From assembly GCA_963663965.2 (NCBI GenBank), contig CAXXFK010000003.1:1-52858 (forward strand): a stretch of 52,858 nucleotides of DNA, written 5' to 3'. The stretch's first letter is position 1, and each line of letters opens with the position of its first letter. The notes under the pieces are model-generated. The model did not search any database. It was not told the origin of the DNA and saw only the letters and a program-made list of their open reading frames with translations. Below, in pieces: positions 29,220 to 39,362 of the stretch. The translations under genes and the position numbers were made by a program. This stretch comes from Sedimentisphaerales bacterium (GTDB lineage: Bacteria > Planctomycetota > Phycisphaerae > Sedimentisphaerales > SM23-30).

Positions 29220-32200
29220 TCAGGATAAATCACCAGTATTAAGCCAGTAATGTTGAATCGTTGAAACTTCATGCCAGGGGAATTGCGCCGGATCTTTAAT
29301 GGTTTTTTTTAGTGTGGGTTGGTTGGCGCAATTCGTCACCACATAGAGCCAATAGCAATCGCGCCGATCCTCAGCCACGCGCCGTTCGTTAGGCGTCAAT
29401 AGGATGGTGCCTGCTGGAGCGGCCAGACCCTTGACTTCGATCAGGCGTAATTCCCCGGAATTGATATCCAGGCTGGTAATGTCGTACCCTAGATTCTTTT
29501 CATGAATATCATAAACCTGGCGGCCCTGGGACTGTTCATAATCCATTACCACTTGCATGGCCGTTGCTTCGGTTTCCAGATTGGCGCGCATCTGGCGCGC
29601 TTCAGGAATCTGGCGATCCGGATGAGGCAGGATTAACACACTGGTTAACCGCTCGACAGCCTGGAGCGTCAGGGCTCGTTGTTGTGTCAGTTCACGGCGA
29701 CGGCGTTCACGCCGGGATAAGAGTTCGGCATGACGGTTTTCAGCCTGAGCCAGGCGGCCTTCCGCGCCCGGAATGCCCTTGGCAACATCTTCACTGACCT
29801 TGCCAATTTCGTCATCCACCCGTTGCATAAGTTCAGTCAAAGACAGTTCCACATGATCGGCGACACATTCAATTTCGTGTAATCGATCACTACGCGTTTC
29901 GTCCAGGAAGGCTTGTAATACATTTTCATGCAGCCAGTCCAATGGTTCAGGCATACTGACAACTTGGGGCAATGGGGAAGAAACCTGGCCAGGTAAAAAA
30001 TCACCTATCATGCCAGGTTCGCGCAACGCCGATGATCCATCCTCTTGGATTTCGACGGCAAATAGCTTTTCGTGAATAATTTGGCCCAATCCATCGACTA
30101 TCCGGGCACGATAAAAATCCATTCGAGAGGGCGTTTCATGTTTAAGGGAATAAAAACAAGCCCCTTGAGCAAAACACTCCTGCCCCGATTTCAGGGTATG
30201 CCGTCGGATGGCCTCAAACAACGGATGGCCGGGAGTAACCCATTCCAAATTGTTTGATTCGGCTGTTATTCGATCCGTAGAACAACGGGGGTATTTATTG
30301 GCGAGTTCAGGATATTTCCAGTCAGGATCACGCTCAAACAGTTTTAAATTGGGTGGTGTTCGTGCTGGCTCAAAGGTATGCGGCATATTTTCGATAGTTT
30401 TCAACTTAAACGGTACAAAATCAGCAGCGTCTTTCAGAAAACGGGCGATGGTTTCAGGAACTACCCGGCGTTCCTGGGCCCGCGCCCGTCTCTCGATCAA
30501 CATTTCAAGGTTGAGTTTCTTGGTAGCCAATCCTTCCAGGGCATTCTGACAGATTGATCGAAATCGATTTTCATCGACTGGATGCAATAACCGTTCTTCT
30601 AAATCTGCGTCCCCCATCTTGCCCGCATAATAATCACGCAATATTCGTTCGATATGGCTGGCAGGGAGTATTTCACCGACCACATTAAAGACGGCATCAT
30701 CTTCCAGGGCATCGCGAATTTCTTGAAGTTTATCCAGCAACTTTTGCAGAACACGTCCTTCAATAGTATTATCCGCAACAAAATTAAATATCAGGCAATC
30801 TTTATGTTGCCCGTAACGGTGGATACGCCCCATACGCTGTTCGAGCCGGTTAGGATTCCAAGGGATATCGTAATTGAACAGGATATTGCATACCTGAAGG
30901 TTAATACCTTCACCAGCCGCCTCCGTGGCAAGCAGTATCTGGATATTGCCTTCTTTAAATTGCTGTTCGGAATATAACCGGGTGCCGGGTTCATCACGAG
31001 AACCAGGCTTCATACTGCCATGGATACAGCCAACCGTGAATCCCCAGGCCTGGAATCGTTCCTGAAGATAGAAAAGAGTATCTTTGAATTCAGTAAAAAT
31101 TAACAACCGCTGGTCAGGTCGGTCAAAAAAACCTTCTTGATGCAGCAGTTCTTTTAATTTAGCGAGTTTGGCTTCATGCCCTCCGTCTTCGACAGCACGA
31201 GCGTCTTTAGCTAATTCTTTGAGTTCGTCAATTTCCTCACGCACTTGATCAGAATTATTGGCCAGGGTAATGGCATCAAGAATATTTTCCAGTTTTTCGC
31301 GTTCAGATTCCTCCATTTCTTCCAGATCATCCTGGTCAGGGAGTTCGGGTGGTGCCGTTCGTATTAAATCATGAGCACGACGTAGCATGTCTTCCAATCG
31401 ACGGACACGGTTCTCAAGGCTGCACCGCATGGAATGGGTACTGGAAGCCAAACGTCTCTGATACATGGACATTAAAAATCCAACAGCTCGGGCTCGGGCA
31501 TCATCACCCTGGGCAATCGCACGGGCACACTGCCGTTTGACGAATCGTGTTACATCTTGATATAGATCAAATTCCGAACCGTCAATTTCAAAATTCACGG
31601 TATGTGGAATTCGTTTTGTGAATATCTTACGTGCAATCCAGCTTCCATCGGTTTGCCGTTCAGGGAAATAAACCATGGCTTCTTTTGTACGCCGCAGGTA
31701 GAACGGGGCGCGCTGCCGTTGCATGGCTTCCTGAATCGACCTGACATCGGCATAAACGTCTTCATCAAGTAATTGCAGGAATAGAGTAAAGTTGGCTGGG
31801 CTACCTTTATGTGGAGTAGCTGTCAGCAGAACAATATGATCGGAACAGTCGCGTAGAAGTTCACCCAGGGCATAACGTGCTGTTTTCTTGGATGGAGGAG
31901 TCCAGGACATCCGGTGTGCTTCATCAACAATAACTAAATCCCACTGGACCTGTTTAAGTCCTGGAAGTATCTCCGTCCGTTTAGCCAAATCAAGCGATGT
32001 AATGGTCTTCTTTTCCTTGAGCCATTGATTAACCCCATACTGTTCCCTGACATCACCGCCACGAATCACCGTAAAATGCTCATCAAATTTGTCTTTCAGT
32101 TCGCGTTGCCATTGAAAAGCCAGATTGGAAGGGCAGACAATCAATATGCGTTCAATTAGCCCCCTCAATTGCAATTCGCGGATAAGCAGCCCTGACATGA

Positions 32201-32603
32201 TGGTTTTCCCGGCACCAGCATCATCCGCCAGCAGGAAACGCACACGGGGCAACTTAAGTAGATAATCATAAACTGCCTCAAGCTGATGCGGCAGTGGATC
32301 AACTCTCGAAATAGAAAGCCCAAAATATGGATCAAACTCATAAGCGATACCCAGACAATGAGCTTGAATAGCCAGTCGTAAAAGTTGACTATTTGCTTCA
32401 AAACTGGGAGCTGAATCGAATATGGTCATCTCCGACAATTCAGTAGCTGATAATGTAACCCTTCGAAATTTTTCTGTCTGGGCTCCAACTAAACCAAGTG
32501 ACCAGGTATCGTTAGCATTTTTAGCAACAGTTTCAATCCGCATCGGCTCACTAAACAGTGGTCCAATGATCACTAAACCAGGCGAAAGATCCCTTTCGGA
32601 CAT
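29220..32603 (-). CDS. SNF2-family helicase with C-terminal DUF3883 (PD-(D/E)xK) domain
   Basis: LLADDAGAGKT, DEAH, LTATPH, ATEAAGEGINLQ, QRMGRIHRYGQ; C-terminal GYDITS..RLIEVKG. Start is 32603 or 32615. Confidence 0.94.
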   Translation of the reverse strand: MSERDLSPGLVIIGPLFSEPMRIETVAKNANDTWSLGLVGAQTEKFRRVTLSATELSEMTIFDSAPSFEANSQLLRLAIQAHCLGIAYEFDPYFGLSISRVDPLPHQLEAVYDYLLKLPRVRFLLADDAGAGKTIMSGLLIRELQLRGLIERILIVCPSNLAFQWQRELKDKFDEHFTVIRGGDVREQYGVNQWLKEKKTITSLDLAKRTEILPGLKQVQWDLVIVDEAHRMSWTPPSKKTARYALGELLRDCSDHIVLLTATPHKGSPANFTLFLQLLDEDVYADVRSIQEAMQRQRAPFYLRRTKEAMVYFPERQTDGSWIARKIFTKRIPHTVNFEIDGSEFDLYQDVTRFVKRQCARAIAQGDDARARAVGFLMSMYQRRLASSTHSMRCSLENRVRRLEDMLRRAHDLIRTAPPELPDQDDLEEMEESEREKLENILDAITLANNSDQVREEIDELKELAKDARAVEDGGHEAKLAKLKELLHQEGFFDRPDQRLLIFTEFKDTLFYLQERFQAWGFTVGCIHGSMKPGSRDEPGTRLYSEQQFKEGNIQILLATEAAGEGINLQVCNILFNYDIPWNPNRLEQRMGRIHRYGQHKDCLIFNFVADNTIEGRVLQKLLDKLQEIRDALEDDAVFNVVGEILPASHIERILRDYYAGKMGDADLEERLLHPVDENRFRSICQNALEGLATKKLNLEMLIERRARAQERRVVPETIARFLKDAADFVPFKLKTIENMPHTFEPARTPPNLKLFERDPDWKYPELANKYPRCSTDRITAESNNLEWVTPGHPLFEAIRRHTLKSGQECFAQGACFYSLKHETPSRMDFYRARIVDGLGQIIHEKLFAVEIQEDGSSALREPGMIGDFLPGQVSSPLPQVVSMPEPLDWLHENVLQAFLDETRSDRLHEIECVADHVELSLTELMQRVDDEIGKVSEDVAKGIPGAEGRLAQAENRHAELLSRRERRRRELTQQRALTLQAVERLTSVLILPHPDRQIPEARQMRANLETEATAMQVVMDYEQSQGRQVYDIHEKNLGYDITSLDINSGELRLIEVKGLAAPAGTILLTPNERRVAEDRRDCYWLYVVTNCANQPTLKKTIKDPAQFPWHEVSTIQHYWLNTGDLS

Positions 32604-33177
32604 GTTAACCCCCATTTATCGATATTATTATCGGATAAGCATAATAATGCCAATTAGAATGAACCCAGCCATTGATTGCCCCTTTTTGACAGCAAAGGAT
32701 CAATGAACGTAACTCAATATTACTTCGATTTAGTCTGGATATAATAGACATTTAATTATTCTTATAAAAGACCGGTGGCCCCCAAAATGGGTCTCCCGTT
32801 TTGAATTAACTAGTCCAATTTAATCCAAAATTTAGTCTATTGTAATTTGTCAGTCAAGAATGATTTTATATATCCGACCTTAAGATGTTTATAAATTTTA
32901 TGGTTTAATTAATGATATTTATAAACACCGGTTACGATGCCAGTTTTTTGGGCAGCCCTGATTTTTTTTGAAAAATATTATATATTTTTTTTAGAAAAGG
33001 CGCAACACTTCAATTTGTTGTCTGAGTCAAAAAATATCTAACCAGCCAATACACATACACTGGCTAACAAACGATCTACCTACCCCTGACTAAGTTCATA
33101 TCAAAATCACAGAACATCAACCGATCCAGTTATCCATAAAAGATTATCACTGATTAATGGAATCAACACCGATCTGC

Positions 33178-33215
33178 AAAAAAATCAGGACGGAATTTTT
33201 ATTTAATCCGTCCTG
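33178..33215 (-). terminator. Intrinsic terminator of 33269..34024 gene
   Basis: CAGGACGGA/TCCGTCCTG stem followed by a T-run on the minus strand. Confidence 0.6.
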
Positions 33216-33268
33216 CTGGTTTGCTTCTTATCGACAAATACCCGGCCTCTCATGGCATATTAGCCAAT

Positions 33269-34024
33269 CTATAACCAGTTTTTGATGAGACATTCCCGAA
33301 TCCTATCCTGTGTAGCCTTATCCATTTGACCCGCTTCAATCAGGTCCCTGAATTTTTCCATCGGATCATATGGATTAATGGGGGTATCAGGCCGGTCAAT
33401 CCGGCTGCCGTCAGCCAGACCGACGATATACCCTTCATATTTTTCAGGATGATCTGGTTGAAAATCCCACCAGCCACCGGGGACGGCTGCCCTTTTCCTG
33501 GGAGCATCCTTACCTTGCCGCCTGAGTATCGCCCTGGGACTGCTGCCACGGCTGGCCGGAATGGTCCGGTGGCAAGCCTGGCATCCCATGTACTTTTGAT
33601 GTAACGGCAAATAGAGTGTCCTGGCTCTGCGTCCACAAGATTGACCGTTTACCGTCAGGGGGCATAGAAAAACTCTTTCACTCATGATAGTCTTGCCTTT
33701 ATTCAGGTTCCTGCGGTCGATGTATCCAATATGAATCCGGTATTCATACAGATGGACAACAGGCCGCCAGTGAAGCACGTGGGGCCTGAATTCCAGCCAC
33801 TGGCGTCCGTTCTGGGTGATGGGGGCGATTTTATACTCATGAATGATTGTGTCGTCAAAGGCGGCCCTGTAACGCAATAATCCGGGTCCACAGTCGAACA
33901 CCTTATGAATTCTGAATATGGTTGATGTCAACAAGGGGGCTGACTCCTCGACGATGGGTTTCTTGCCTGGTCGATGTTCTGGGGGGATGTATAGCATATT
34001 ACCGTTACCGGTGTTTCGTGGCAT
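33269..34024 (-). CDS. Hypothetical protein with Cys4 zinc-ribbon motif, at island end
   Basis: FLCP..CGRRARTLY..GCQACH; RBS-like GAGG upstream. Confidence 0.7.
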   Translation of the reverse strand: MPRNTGNGNMLYIPPEHRPGKKPIVEESAPLLTSTIFRIHKVFDCGPGLLRYRAAFDDTIIHEYKIAPITQNGRQWLEFRPHVLHWRPVVHLYEYRIHIGYIDRRNLNKGKTIMSERVFLCPLTVNGQSCGRRARTLYLPLHQKYMGCQACHRTIPASRGSSPRAILRRQGKDAPRKRAAVPGGWWDFQPDHPEKYEGYIVGLADGSRIDRPDTPINPYDPMEKFRDLIEAGQMDKATQDRIRECLIKNWL

Positions 34025-34076
34025 AGTGATTTACCTCATTGCTGGATAGGTCAGAAAATACAGTAAGACGATTGGA

Positions 34077-34093
34077 CGCCCCAACTGACGCCC
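34077..34093 (+). promoter_or_regulatory. Putative integrase arm-type site (right end)
   Basis: CGCCCCAACTGACGCCC, 16/17 identical to 11564..11580. Confidence 0.6.
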
Positions 34094-34159
34094 AGCGTCG
34101 TGTTTTCTTGTCGTCGTAACATACCGGCCTGCAAGTGGTTGCGACATGACTTTTGTTCC

Positions 34160-34203
34160 TTCCTAAACCGTAGGTCGTGAGTTCGAATCTCGCCGGGCGC
34201 AAT
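34160..34203 (+). repeat. att site: duplicated 3' half of tRNA-Arg
   Basis: 42/44 identical to 11351..11394; starts in the anticodon loop. Confidence 0.95.
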
Positions 34204-34331
34204 GTAAGAAAAAGCCCGTAAGTATTTTATTGTGAGACGGTTGCAATATCACTTATCAGAAGCATGGATACTCTTAAATTAGGGTGACGGCGTATACCAG
34301 TATACCCCCTGACCTAACGGAGTGTTATGCT

Positions 34332-34542
34332 ATGAAAAAATTCCTACAGGCTATCGCAGACAAAAAAATCGGACGGTAATGATCTCGCATTTTTAATTCA
34401 CAAGGGCAAACGGCACTATTTGGGTCGTTATGGAAGCCCTGAAAGTCTGGCTTCATTTCATCGTATTCAGGCTGAAATTGCAACCAATTGTGGTATGATG
34501 CCGTCGGATGATCCGACAGACCTGTTCTGCAACGGTTGTTAA
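34332..34542 (+). pseudogene. Remnant N-terminus of a second tyrosine integrase
   Basis: Frameshifted PTGYRRQK..HKGKRHYLGRYGSPESLASFHRIQAE resembles planctomycete integrase N-termini; lies right after the tRNA 3' copy. Confidence 0.55.
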
Positions 34543-34901
34543 TTAAACAAGACTAGTGAACACCTACCCAAACGCTTAAAACCAATGGCCAGGACCAAAT
34601 TACTTTCAAAGCCACGCCGGGAGATTATTTTCTAAGAACTTCCTAAAGAAACTGATTTTGCCGTGGATCACGCCGGAAAAGTGGCTGTTGTGATCGCTTT
34701 AAACTAATACGCTTCCCCGGCAGCCCAAAAGCAAACAGGAGCAAAGCCGCACCCTGTGATCAACTTTTTTTCGAAGTTCATTTATTTTTTTGTTTTTCAG
34801 TCCCCATTTCATGTTCATACCGCAAGGATAGTATGAAACGAAAGCTTTCTGTTTCAATGTTATTATTACTACCTTGTTTCAAAACAACTTATTGAAAGGA
34901 T

Positions 34902-35324
34902 ATGAACATGAAAAATCAAATCACACTGATTGTTATGATTGTAGCGGTTATGTCATCTGTAGGGCATGCCGCCGGTCGGAATGGTATTTATGGCATGAAA
35001 AATGGGTTTGCCGATGTAAAGGGGGGTGGGGCTTGGAGATCTGGCGTTTCTATAACCGACAATGCTATTGAAAAAGAGACACAAGGATCTAATGGATATG
35101 GTCTGTTAAACGGGCAAAATGGCGCGGGACATTACAATCCGCAAATAGCCAGAAAAGGTCGTGGTCATGGCCACGCCGGAGGTCCCCAAGGCAAAAACGG
35201 ATCCGGAGGACCGAAGGGTAAAAATGGCGCAGGAGGCCCCAAAGGTAAAAACGGAAAGGGTCGTGGTCACGGTGGCGGATCTAAAGGCCAAAATGGCACC
35301 GGTCATGTCCGTCCGATGGCATAA
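34902..35324 (+). CDS. Secreted Gly/Lys-rich low-complexity protein
   Basis: Signal peptide ending GHA; GGP(Q/K)GKNG repeated three times; RBS GAAAGGA. Confidence 0.7.
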   Translation: MNMKNQITLIVMIVAVMSSVGHAAGRNGIYGMKNGFADVKGGGAWRSGVSITDNAIEKETQGSNGYGLLNGQNGAGHYNPQIARKGRGHGHAGGPQGKNGSGGPKGKNGAGGPKGKNGKGRGHGGGSKGQNGTGHVRPMA

Positions 35325-35389
35325 AATGATTTTTTCACGATGTTTCGACGGTATCATCCGATAATGGTCCATAGTCAATATTCACTATT

Positions 35390-35941
35390 ATGAACAAGCA
35401 TGACCAAAATCTGTTTGCCGCTTTGGTACACGAACATGCCGATATGCTGTTGGCGTTCATTCGTGCAACGATACGGGATCCGGCAACCGTGGATGATATC
35501 TTTCAGGAAACGCTGTTGATTACCTGGCGGCGTTTTGACGATTATGACCCCGCGAAGCCACTGGCGAAGTGGCTTCGCGGGATAGCTCGCAAGTTGATCC
35601 TGGCTCATTACAGTCGACAGAAAACGAATCCGGTGTATTGTCAGGACACGGTTTTGCAGGTGCTGGATGATCGCATTGACTATATCGACCAGAAACCGGG
35701 AGATAGCTGGAATGATAAAGTGTTTGCACTGAGTCATTGCCTTGATCGACTGGCACCCTCGTTGCGTCAGTGTATTGAGCTATTCTATCATGACGCTCGT
35801 AAAACCGAAGAGATCGCCAAGGTATTGCAATGCAGTCGTGAGGCCATCAAAAAACGACTGCAGCGAGCGCGCCGCGTGCTGGCTGAATGCCTGAGAAATC
35901 AGGGTCTGTTTCAAGCGATTGCAACGGAGGACAAGCCATGA
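35390..35941 (+). CDS. ECF sigma-70 factor
   Basis: VDDIFQET..WRRF..YD..KWLRGIAR; region 4 EEIAKVL..AIKKRLQRAR. Confidence 0.93.
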   Translation: MNKHDQNLFAALVHEHADMLLAFIRATIRDPATVDDIFQETLLITWRRFDDYDPAKPLAKWLRGIARKLILAHYSRQKTNPVYCQDTVLQVLDDRIDYIDQKPGDSWNDKVFALSHCLDRLAPSLRQCIELFYHDARKTEEIAKVLQCSREAIKKRLQRARRVLAECLRNQGLFQAIATEDKP

Positions 35942-36879
35942 ATGAGTATGGCCGGCCGATTGAAGATGATCAGGATACCCCATTGGAGGATGTCGATCGT
36001 CTGGCGGATGAGTTGTTAATTGATGCCATGTTGAAAGGTCGTTACCAGGATACCCCGCAAACCACGGCTGAGCGTATCGAAGTGGCATGGCGCCAACAGG
36101 AGCTACTTGTCAAGATACATCGCCGTCGCTGGATCGCCGGCATGTCTGCGGCGGCGGCAATTGTCCTTCTGGGTTTGGGCCTGATATCCATTTTGTTACC
36201 GAGCGCTCAGGCGGATCTGGGTCCGATCCTTGCGGCCTTTGAGCAGGGAGACAAAACCTTTCAAATTGATATCAGTAGCGAATCGGAGGTGACTTCGGAA
36301 CACCGCCGGCTAGGCCGACGCCGGTTTGGCCGGGGCCCATCCTTTAAGCCGCCTCAGCGCGATATGATAACTCGCCGTCTGGCCGATGCCATGTTATATA
36401 CTCGCGGACGAAACTATGTTCTGACTTGTCGCACGCCTCGAGGAGGGAAAATAGCCAAAGGTTTTGACGGTCAGACAAGCTGGCAGGTATTGCCATGGGG
36501 GCGTTCCATGTCCGTTGACACACCCGATCTGATGCAAGATGAAATTCCAGATCATATCGCTTCATTACTTTTTCTGGATTTGTGGAGTATGCTTCATCAA
36601 ATCAAGGGCAACTATACACTGTCCGGCCCATCGTCCGGCTGGATTAACGATGGCGCTACTCAATTGGATTATTATACTGCCGATCGTATCGATGGCGTTG
36701 ACAATGTCCCTGGTCGCATCGAGTTCTGGTTCGATGTGAGTTCCAATCAATTGCAACAGATTACCTGCACTGATGTCTGTTTCGACCGGGCACATGATAA
36801 GCATTATACTTTGCAGATACGGCTGGTCAATACAGATCCCTTGCCTGAGAACTGGTTTACGCCAATGGCTCATCGTTAA
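35938..36879 (+). CDS. Putative membrane-anchored anti-sigma factor
   Basis: ATGA overlap with the sigma gene, GGAGG RBS, one transmembrane helix after RRRW, LolA-like extracytoplasmic part. Confidence 0.75.
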   Translation: MNEYGRPIEDDQDTPLEDVDRLADELLIDAMLKGRYQDTPQTTAERIEVAWRQQELLVKIHRRRWIAGMSAAAAIVLLGLGLISILLPSAQADLGPILAAFEQGDKTFQIDISSESEVTSEHRRLGRRRFGRGPSFKPPQRDMITRRLADAMLYTRGRNYVLTCRTPRGGKIAKGFDGQTSWQVLPWGRSMSVDTPDLMQDEIPDHIASLLFLDLWSMLHQIKGNYTLSGPSSGWINDGATQLDYYTADRIDGVDNVPGRIEFWFDVSSNQLQQITCTDVCFDRAHDKHYTLQIRLVNTDPLPENWFTPMAHR

Positions 36880-36945
36880 ATTGAGTTCTGATGATATGGC
36901 AGGGATGAGTAAAAGATTATGCCCAGTCTTTCCATTTTAGTCTAA

Positions 36946-38230
36946 CTCTAAAAATCATTTTTAGAGGTCTAAACTATCGTTAAACATCAATTTTGAAAAA
37001 TTTTGTACACCGTCATTCAAAAAACGGAATATTTTACTGCCATTGGCGGCTCATTCGCCGGTTTTATTCCTGTGTTGTCTGGATTGGGGGCACCAATTAG
37101 CCCCTGTGGACTATTAACTGGTCATCAACAGACTATACCGGTCAATATTGTAAGCCAAATTGCGCAGTCCAATTTTCACTTTCGCTCGGATGATGCCTAC
37201 GGTTCGGATGATCAAGCTGCTGGCCCGCTGAGCCTGAACGACATAAATATGTTCGATGCGGCTGCGGATTTTCGAACGAGTATAATTGCCCTGCTATTCT
37301 CGCTCGCTCAGCTTTTTGTGCCGACAGCCTTTGCGTTGCAGATGTTCGCGAAATCCATTTTCTGCCAGATAGTCCAGTTTCTCTTCGCTGCGATAGGCCG
37401 AATCGGCCCAGATATCTTTGCTGGTATTATGGTCATCAAGAAGGTCTTCAATCACCTGACTGTCATGGGTAGCCGAATCCGTCACATCATAGGCTCGAAT
37501 CAGTTTGTTTTTGTTATCGATCTGGGTATGGTTCTTGTCACCATAATGGTTCTGGCCATTCTTTTGGGTCCAGCGTGCATCAGCGTCCTTTTGGCGCTTC
37601 TTGTTTTCGCTCCAATTATCGGGAACGATGTCCTCCTTGATTTGCTAATTTTCTTCGCGGCTGTTGCGCTGACGAGGAGCGAGCACAATACTGGCATCCA
37701 CAATCTTGCCTTTTGGGGCCGCAAACCCATTTTGACGTAAAACTTGTCGAAACGCTTAAATAGCCTTTCGGCCAGATCAGCTTCAGTCAACTGTTCCTGA
37801 AACAACCAGATCATTTTCGCATTCAGCACCCAGTCGCGTAACACCAGATCCAAAAACCGAATAAAAGACAGGCGGTTATGGATTTGAAACTCAGTCTGAT
37901 CATCAAACAAATTGTACAACGATTGCAGAATGAGAATTTTGAACATCAAGATCGCATCAAACGACTTGCAGCTGGTATTGATCTTGCGTTCATTATCCCG
38001 CAGTCGGTTCAGGTCCGACGCAAACAGTTTCCAGTTGACAATGTCGTTCAACTTTACCAGCGGATCGCCACCGTTGCCGAATTGCTCAGATCGTTCGTGC
38101 CAATCAAAAAGTCCAGCATGATTCATCTGTACAAACTCCGTTTCGAGTGAATTGCTGTGATTTATTTGTCAACGAACGTAGTTTAGCAGACTGTGTTAAT
38201 AATTGCACGAAATACCTCTAATTTTTAGAG
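36946..38230 (-). mobile_element. Decayed IS5-family insertion sequence
   Basis: Inverted end motifs CTCTAAAAAT (36946..36955) and ATTTTTAGAG (38221..38230) enclose the transposase fragments. Confidence 0.75.
37150..38120 (-). pseudogene. IS5-family transposase, multiply frameshifted
   Basis: GDPLVKLN..LMFKILILQSLYNL.DDQTEFQI..RLSF..FL; downstream fragment HDSQ..IWADSAYRS; 3' limit approximate. Confidence 0.85.
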
Positions 38231-38288
38231 CTACCCTTAATGATAAGATCACGTTATGGTTTTCAATCAAGCTCCCACGTTTTTAGTA

Positions 38289-39017
38289 CTATCGTCCGGT
38301 ATACCAGAATGAGGAAACATCATCACCGGTGGTTTCATCGATATTCTCGACGTGATTATCAAGCCACAAGACATTGGCCCTGCCACCGGTTTGATACGGT
38401 TTGCTTTTGGTTATACCGTGCCGGAAGATACCTCGATAGAACTGGGATCGATTACCACCCTGACGATATTGTCTTAAGTTCAGTGTTCCCGGACCATTAT
38501 TATAGAACATATCATTGGTGCCATTTTCCATTTTGGGTTCAACGTGGTCATGAGCAACAATATAACTGGAATGAGAACGAATTTCACTGAGTCGTTTATT
38601 GTTGATATTGGAATTAAGACCGAAAGCGGCCTGTTGAATCAGTGTTGGATCTACCGGGTAAATTAATTTGGATACCAATTGAAAGCCCGGACACCCGAAT
38701 ATATCCGGCTCTTCGATATATTTCAGATAGGCCAGGCCCCAGTAGGAGTCATTCGTATTGGGCTTTAGATAATTTCCATTGGCATCTTTCCAGAAAAAAC
38801 CGTTAGAAGACTGTGCGTCAAACACCCTCTCATTGTTATTATCAGCATAATGAAATAAGGCCATGCCAATAGCGCGCAGATGGGTTTTACAAACTAATTC
38901 ACGCGCCTGATCCCGACTTTTCTGTAGAGCAGGTACTAATATCGCGATCAATAGTGCGATTATTGATATGACTACCAGCAACTCAATTAATGTAAAACCT
39001 GTTTTTTTGTTGTGCAT
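38289..39017 (-). CDS. Prepilin-type N-terminal cleavage/methylation protein (DUF1559 / H-X9-DG-like)
   Basis: [34 protein letters not shown]-terminal [13 protein letters not shown]. Confidence 0.92.
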   Translation of the reverse strand: MHNKKTGFTLIELLVVISIIALLIAILVPALQKSRDQARELVCKTHLRAIGMALFHYADNNNERVFDAQSSNGFFWKDANGNYLKPNTNDSYWGLAYLKYIEEPDIFGCPGFQLVSKLIYPVDPTLIQQAAFGLNSNINNKRLSEIRSHSSYIVAHDHVEPKMENGTNDMFYNNGPGTLNLRQYRQGGNRSQFYRGIFRHGITKSKPYQTGGRANVLWLDNHVENIDETTGDDVSSFWYTGR

Positions 39018-39362
39018 CTCGGTTTTTTCCAGTCTTATTAATCACTGTTGAAATTGACATGATTTGACGCGTTGGATATGCCAACCTGTTATGTATTAAA
39101 TATTTATATTATATTTAATTAACACTTTTGGCGTCAGAACATGCTAGCTAAATTTATTATAACAAAATACCGGCCAAATTAAAATATTTTATCATTTTGG
39201 GTAATTGAGGTATTATAATCATAAAATAGTATAAAATTCTGAATTTACATTTTGTGCAATTAAGGATTATTTGTTCTGAATTGAAATGTATTTTAGCTTC
39301 GATTAACTTTATCAACCTTCAGTATACTTTATAACTTAAAATTTAGAAAATCAGGTCAACTC

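Noticed and set aside
19026..32603. Canonical BREX or DISARM
   Set aside because: No PglZ, BrxA/B/L or DrmA/B-type genes seen.
34160..34203. Second tRNA gene
   Set aside because: Lacks the 5' acceptor strand and D arm; it is the att duplication.
37003..37740. 245-aa plus-strand hydrophobic ORF
   Set aside because: Antisense shadow of the IS5 transposase.
39069..39084. Sigma54 promoter for the prepilin gene (TTGGCAT-ATCCA-ACGC)
   Set aside because: GG-N10-GC spacing is right but the -12 box is poor; too weak to call.
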